From positions 15,612,275 through 15,676,274 of the forward strand of contig NC_134032.1 in the NCBI RefSeq assembly GCF_964204645.1: a stretch of 64,000 nt of DNA. The letters run 5' to 3'. Below are positions 59,638-64,000 of this stretch, in pieces. The translations under genes and the position numbers were made by a program. The stretch comes from Tubulanus polymorphus. Its lineage: Eukaryota; Animalia; Nemertea. Numbering within the stretch: position 1 is the first letter of the stretch; the number at the start of each line of letters is the position of its first letter. The notes under the pieces were generated by a model. The model was given only the letters and a program-made list of their open reading frames with translations, was not told the origin of the DNA and searched no databases.

Positions 59638-59896
59638 TAGACTAGCCTAGCACAAGGATGGTGGGAAAGGTAGATAGAAAAACCACCGCTCAAACGCAAG
59701 GTAAGAGGGAAAAAGAGAGCACTTACCCAAGCACGGAATGGAGCACTGTAGCACAGGGAAGACCGGTTGGCCACAGTGAGTCCGTCCAGCTCAGGGGCCC
59801 CCCCCAGAATTTTGCGAAATTAATACTTGCAGATATGAGCCCAAACTATGTACAAGGATACACCCCCTGTGATCCTGATAATGCTACATAAATATT

Positions 59897-62824
59897 CTAC
59901 ACTAAAGGGTCCGATCGGAAAGAACGGACACCTTGAGCCATGACAACAGGACCCAGTGAAGCTAATGAGCCTAACTGGCCTGAAACATCCCGTAAATAAA
60001 ATGACGTGAATGTCGACGGTGAATTCCAAAAGGCGGCCCGACAGACTTCCTCCAACGGAGCACCCGAAAAGGCTGCGCAGGAAGTAGCCATAGACCTCAC
60101 TTGATGAGAAGCGACTCCCTCCGAGGAAAGATTCTCCTTCAATAAAATGTCCTTGATCATTGAAGAGACCCATCGGGCTACTGTGTCCCGCGAAATATCA
60201 CCCTTTAGGTGATCCAGCAGCGGAATAAATAACCGCTCCCGTGAACCCCTCCGTGAAGCAGAGCGATCTAAATAGAAACACAACGCCCGCACAGGACATA
60301 AAGTCCTGTCCGGGATGCCCGGTTCCACTCGATGTTTTAGGGCTTCAATTCGCCATTGACGCCCAACCGAGCCTGGTCGTTGGTTCTTTGCCAAAAATTC
60401 CAAAGCAGGCCGCAGCGAAACAAATTCATTCGCTGGCCCAAAGACAATGTGACCTGGTCGGACTGAAAGCGCATGAATCTCAGAGCGACGGGCCGAGCAA
60501 GCCAAGAACAGCAAAAATACAGTCTTTTTTGACAAATTTGCAAAAGACGCTGCCGAAAGAGGTTCAAATGGAGCCTCCATTAACTTTTTCAAAATTACAG
60601 ACAGATCCCATGGTGGAACTGTCCTTGTTACCCGAGGCCGGGAAATAGAAAACCCAGCAACCAGCTGGGATATCCGATGATCCCCTGCTACATTTGGCCA
60701 TCCAGAAGCACGCAATGTATGAGAAATCGCGGAGCGGTAACCTTTAATAGTTATGACCTGTAAACCTTTTGCTACAAATAGGTGCAGTAAAAAATCTGCC
60801 AATTGAGCTACAGAGGGTGAGCATGGATCAATTTCCCCTGCAGCACACCAATCCGCAAAATGACTCCACTTGGCATCGTAAATGGTACTTGTTGATGGCC
60901 GCTTAGATCCTGCGATAAAGGAGGCAGCCTGTTCTGAAAAGCCTGAAGCTGACAAGGATCGCTGGACAATGGCCAGGCGAGCAGATTTAACCACTGGCTG
61001 TTTGGATGATGCCGAAAGATCCCCTGAGACAGAAGCGATGGGAAATTCGGAAGAATCCTGGGGTTGTCGCACAGTAGGTTGAGAAGTGGTAGGAACCATT
61101 TCTGAGCCGGCCAACACGGTGCTACCAGAACTATGTTGCAATTGACTGATCTCTCTATTTGATCCAGTAAGCGCGGCAGGACTGGTGTGGGCGGGAACGC
61201 ATACGCATGCATCCCCGACCAGTCCAGAGAGAAGGCATCGACCCCCCACGCTTCCGCGTCTGGAAACGGGGACACAAACAGAGGACACCTCCGATTGAAC
61301 CGGGTGGCAAACAGATCCAGCAGCGGATTGCCAAAAATGCCCCGAACCCGATCGGCTACTTCTTGGTGGAGAACCCATTCTGTCGCAATAGCCTGACCTC
61401 GACGAGACAGAGCATCGGCCATCACGTTCCTTTTCCCTGCTAAATGTGCCACAGTCAGGGACACGCCCTTTGTCTGGCACCAAAGAAGAATTTTGGCCGA
61501 CAGACCTGTGAGGGTTTCTGAGTGAGTGCCCCCTTGGTTCTGAAGGTAAGCCCTCACTGTTGAATTGTCTGTGGCTAACCAAACGTGGTGGCCCTCCACT
61601 CTCCTGTGAAAGAACTTCAGGGCCTTCCACACGGCCAGCATTTCTAGGAAATTTATGTGGTTGGTGGCCTCGTAGCGAGACCATTTCCCGGCTTTGACTC
61701 GGTTCTCCAGATGTGCCCCCCAACCTTGGTGACTGGCATCCGTGAATACACGAACTGGAGCCTCTAACGGGGCTAGTGACACCCCGAGCCGAAGATTCGT
61801 AGTGGCCGCCCACCACTGAAGATCCGGACTTAGATCGGTTGGAGGTACGGGAATCAAGGCCTCCCAGTTGCCCTTCGACTGAGACCAGAAGACCTTCCAA
61901 TATTGTTGCAAGCGCCTGCTTCTGAGGAGGCCTAAGGGCACCACCAGACCCATGGAGCTGATGGAGCCTAGAAGCCGTGACCAGTAACGAGCTGTTCTCG
62001 GGGTTGTGGACACTCCCGCTACAGCTTCTTGAAGTTTGGCCACTCGAACCATAGACGGAAAGACTTTGCCGATTCGGAGATCGAAGTCCATGCCGAGATA
62101 AGTGAACTGTTGGGCCGGCGTCAACTGAGATTTTTCCCTGTTTACGCGGAACCCTAGCTGATGGACTAAGTCCAAGACTGAGGTCATTGCCTCCCGACAT
62201 TCCTGAGCCGAATTCGCGACTATTAACCAGTCGTCGAGGTAAACGAACAGTCGAACACCCCTTGACTGAAGTACCTTCTGAACTGACTTGACCAACTTGG
62301 TGAAAACCCACGGGGCCGTACTGAGGCCAAATGGAAGAGACCTGAATTGGAACTGGCGGCCTTTCCACTTTATCCTGAGAAATCGCCGAGATTTTGGGTG
62401 AATTGGAACCTGAAAGTAAGCATCTTTCAGGTCCAATGAAGCCGCCCATTGACCCGGACGGAGCCCTTGAATCACGTCCTTGGGCTTGGTCATCCGGAAC
62501 CTTGGAATGTCTAGGTGCCGATTGAGGGATGACAGATCTATCACTGTCCGTTGACCCCCTGTGGCCTTTGGTACCATGAATATTCGAGAAAACCAGCCGG
62601 GAGAAGTTTCGTTGCAAACTGGTTCTATCGCTCCCTTCTCTGCCAGTTCCTTGAGAGCCGGAGAGATTAAGGCCTCCTGACCTGGTTTTGGCCGCATGTC
62701 GGGAGGTGACCTCATCAGGCGCGGTCGCCTTAGGAAACGGAGACGGTAGCCCCGAGAGACGACCCGGGAGGGCCAACCGTCTCCAAAGAGGTCGGACCAG
62801 TGGGTTGCTGCCTGCTGCAGACAA
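59897..62824 (-). CDS. DIRS ORF3: tyrosine recombinase in the C-terminal ~350 aa; N-terminal part overlaps pol
   Basis: Catalytic residues ARRSEIHAL (R), LAKNQ (K), SHQVRS (HxxR), AAFW...TFTSFY (W, Y). Confidence 0.93.
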   Translation of the reverse strand: MSAAGSNPLVRPLWRRLALPGRLSGLPSPFPKATAPDEVTSRHAAKTRSGGLNLSGSQGTGREGSDRTSLQRNFSRLVFSNIHGTKGHRGSTDSDRSVIPQSAPRHSKVPDDQAQGRDSRAPSGSMGGFIGPERCLLSGSNSPKISAISQDKVERPPVPIQVSSIWPQYGPVGFHQVGQVSSEGTSVKGCSTVRLPRRLVNSREFGSGMSGGNDLSLGLSPSARVPRKQGKISVDAGPTVHLSRHGLRSPNRQSLSVYGSSGQTSRSCSGSVHNPENSSLLVTASRLHQLHGSGGALRPPQKQALATILEGLLVSVEGQLGGLDSRTSNRSKSGSSVVGGHYESSARGVTSPVRGSSSCIHGCQSPRLGGTSGEPSQSREMVSLRGHQPHKFPRNAGRVEGPEVLSQESGGPPRLVSHRQFNSEGLPSEPRGHSLRNPHRSVGQNSSLVPDKGRVPDCGTFSREKERDGRCSVSSRSGYCDRMGSPPRSSRSGSGHFWQSAAGSVCHPVQSEVSSVCVPVSRRGSVGGRCLLSGLVGDACVCVPAHTSPAALTGSNREISQLQHSSGSTVLAGSEMVPTTSQPTVRQPQDSSEFPIASVSGDLSASSKQPVVKSARLAIVQRSLSASGFSEQAASFIAGSKRPSTSTIYDAKWSHFADWCAAGEIDPCSPSVAQLADFLLHLFVAKGLQVITIKGYRSAISHTLRASGWPNVAGDHRISQLVAGFSISRPRVTRTVPPWDLSVILKKLMEAPFEPLSAASFANLSKKTVFLLFLACSARRSEIHALSVRPGHIVFGPANEFVSLRPALEFLAKNQRPGSVGRQWRIEALKHRVEPGIPDRTLCPVRALCFYLDRSASRRGSRERLFIPLLDHLKGDISRDTVARWVSSMIKDILLKENLSSEGVASHQVRSMATSCAAFSGAPLEEVCRAAFWNSPSTFTSFYLRDVSGQLGSLASLGPVVMAQGVRSFRSDPLV

Positions 62825-62979
62825 CCTCCCACTGGTCCCAAGAATTCATTTCGAGTTTTTCCGAAAGGAAGAGCCCCTTTTTGGAGCCTTCCCCTTGCCT
62901 CGATACGAACCGGAACTGTTACGACCGGACGAGGCTTGACACGATTGTTGAAGTTGCGCGCTAGTTCTCCAACCGGCAT
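60808..62979 (-). CDS. pol: DIRS ORF2: reverse transcriptase, RNase H and Dam-like methyltransferase domain
   Basis: LDLKDAYFQVP, LPFGLSTAP, YLDD; FTDAS..GWG, HINFLE, TDNST, ADALSR; DLFA...N, YAFPP, LVAPCWPAQKWF. Confidence 0.96.
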   Translation of the reverse strand: MPVGELARNFNNRVKPRPVVTVPVRIEARGRLQKGALPFGKTRNEFLGPVGGCLQQAATHWSDLFGDGWPSRVVSRGYRLRFLRRPRLMRSPPDMRPKPGQEALISPALKELAEKGAIEPVCNETSPGWFSRIFMVPKATGGQRTVIDLSSLNRHLDIPRFRMTKPKDVIQGLRPGQWAASLDLKDAYFQVPIHPKSRRFLRIKWKGRQFQFRSLPFGLSTAPWVFTKLVKSVQKVLQSRGVRLFVYLDDWLIVANSAQECREAMTSVLDLVHQLGFRVNREKSQLTPAQQFTYLGMDFDLRIGKVFPSMVRVAKLQEAVAGVSTTPRTARYWSRLLGSISSMGLVVPLGLLRSRRLQQYWKVFWSQSKGNWEALIPVPPTDLSPDLQWWAATTNLRLGVSLAPLEAPVRVFTDASHQGWGAHLENRVKAGKWSRYEATNHINFLEMLAVWKALKFFHRRVEGHHVWLATDNSTVRAYLQNQGGTHSETLTGLSAKILLWCQTKGVSLTVAHLAGKRNVMADALSRRGQAIATEWVLHQEVADRVRGIFGNPLLDLFATRFNRRCPLFVSPFPDAEAWGVDAFSLDWSGMHAYAFPPTPVLPRLLDQIERSVNCNIVLVAPCWPAQKWFLPLLNLLCDNPRILPNFPSLLSQGIFRHHPNSQWLNLLAWPLSSDPCQLQAFQNRLPPLSQDLSGHQQVPFTMPSGVILRIGVLQGKLIHAHPL

Positions 62980-63985
62980 CCGAAGCCGCCTGAGAAAGCG
63001 CTGAAGTTTGAGATGGTCCTGTTTGCGTCCGTGCCGAACCTTGCGCCGCCGGCGTCGGACCAGAACGCTTTTTCCACGGAGTTCGGGGGTTGGACTTGGC
63101 CTGAACCTCCCGAATCTTCCTCAGCTCTGCGGAAACCGGAGCGCACCAACCGGAGAAGAGACGTGAAGACGTCCCCAATGGGGCTCTCAGCAAAGCATTG
63201 GACACCATATCCGGTAGACGAGTTTTGGCACTGGAGTCCATCACTGACTGACGGGAGGCTAACACCAGATTAGCCTGACCCCGAACCGACAACGGAATTA
63301 CATGCGAAACAGACCGAGCCAAAGATTGGATAATCCGGTCCATTCCCTCCAGTTTTAGGGCAACTGACTCTGGGTCGGAGCCCGCATGAACGGCGGCGTG
63401 AGTCTCGCGAAGCTCACCCGTCAACACCTTAAGTGCCATATCTTGAAACGAACCAACCCTGGTAAGATTGTCCAGGATTGACGTCATGGCCACCAAACCG
63501 GACTTAGGCAAACGAATACCCGACTGTGCTGTAACAGTATCCGGGCTGATCAAAGTATAATCAGCATCCAGGCAGTTATGACTGTGATCCACAGCACCTG
63601 GAGTTGCGTAATACGCCGAGCGAAATGCGCCTATAGGTGGATCGGTTGAACTAAAATATTTCCCAGATTTCATACCCCGTTCTGGAGGGGGAAATGAAAA
63701 AGTTCCAGGCCGACATTCACCCCATAATTGCGTATCCAATCGAGCCCATTCTCTTGAAACCGCTGACGATTCCCGTAAAACGTTAAGATCGGAGTCCGGA
63801 GGGCGATAAGCTTCCATTGACTCACCGACCAGAGGAGCTGCTGTGGGCTTAGCGCGAGTTGCCCCGTGCTTGACAAAGAACTCACTTATCATCGCTCTAA
63901 ATGGCATGTCCCCCGCTGGTTCGGATAAAACTGAACGGGACGGAGATACATTGCGAGCCAGGGAAGCCCCCATCGTCTGGGGCAA
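62846..63985 (-). CDS. gag: DIRS ORF1 gag-like protein (probably extends beyond the window)
   Basis: Long ORF upstream of and overlapping pol, with a basic low-complexity C-terminus; position typical of DIRS gag. Confidence 0.8.
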   Translation of the reverse strand: MPQTMGASLARNVSPSRSVLSEPAGDMPFRAMISEFFVKHGATRAKPTAAPLVGESMEAYRPPDSDLNVLRESSAVSREWARLDTQLWGECRPGTFSFPPPERGMKSGKYFSSTDPPIGAFRSAYYATPGAVDHSHNCLDADYTLISPDTVTAQSGIRLPKSGLVAMTSILDNLTRVGSFQDMALKVLTGELRETHAAVHAGSDPESVALKLEGMDRIIQSLARSVSHVIPLSVRGQANLVLASRQSVMDSSAKTRLPDMVSNALLRAPLGTSSRLFSGWCAPVSAELRKIREVQAKSNPRTPWKKRSGPTPAAQGSARTQTGPSQTSALSQAASDAGWRTSAQLQQSCQASSGRNSSGSYRGKGKAPKRGSSFRKNSK

Positions 63986-64000
63986 CCCACAATTGCTTGC

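Larger units (their letters stand above)
59318..64000 (-). mobile_element. DIRS1-like tyrosine-recombinase retrotransposon, apparently intact, 5' end beyond window
   Basis: Overlapping gag, RT/RH/MT and YR ORFs; right ITR/extension and ICR; abrupt junction with satellite at 59320/59321. Confidence 0.96.

Noticed and set aside
60241-63273. Plus-strand ORFs within the DIRS
   Set aside because: Antisense shadows of GC-rich coding sequence.

Overview
AT-rich, repeat-dense animal (probably invertebrate) genomic DNA with no prokaryotic features. (1) 1-26 kb is a mosaic of more than 15 unrelated tandem arrays. Between them lie diverged duplicated segments with splice sites, promoter-like motifs and short basic 'MPKA...' exons. 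(2) 26-58 kb holds a minus-strand multi-exon gene that the ORF track mostly misses. I reconstructed 11 phase-consistent GT-AG exons, about 337 aa, with the 5' end outside the window. Its upstream part is an array of symmetric phase-0 micro-exons (30, 30, 30, 66, 33, 66, 39 nt). Four of them sit in near-identical intronic flanks although the exons differ strongly. The other three are carried by a ~2-2.5 kb macrosatellite unit that also holds a DIRS gag relic, a perfect 31-bp hairpin and a 47-bp satellite. The introns are filled with nested LINEs, MITEs and a SINE. (3) 59.3-64 kb is an apparently intact DIRS1-type tyrosine-recombinase retrotransposon (gag; RT-RNaseH-methyltransferase; YR; right ITR and ICR) inserted into the 47-bp satellite. 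The micro-exon cassette gene is the best candidate for an undescribed system. All calls were made by eye, without database searches.
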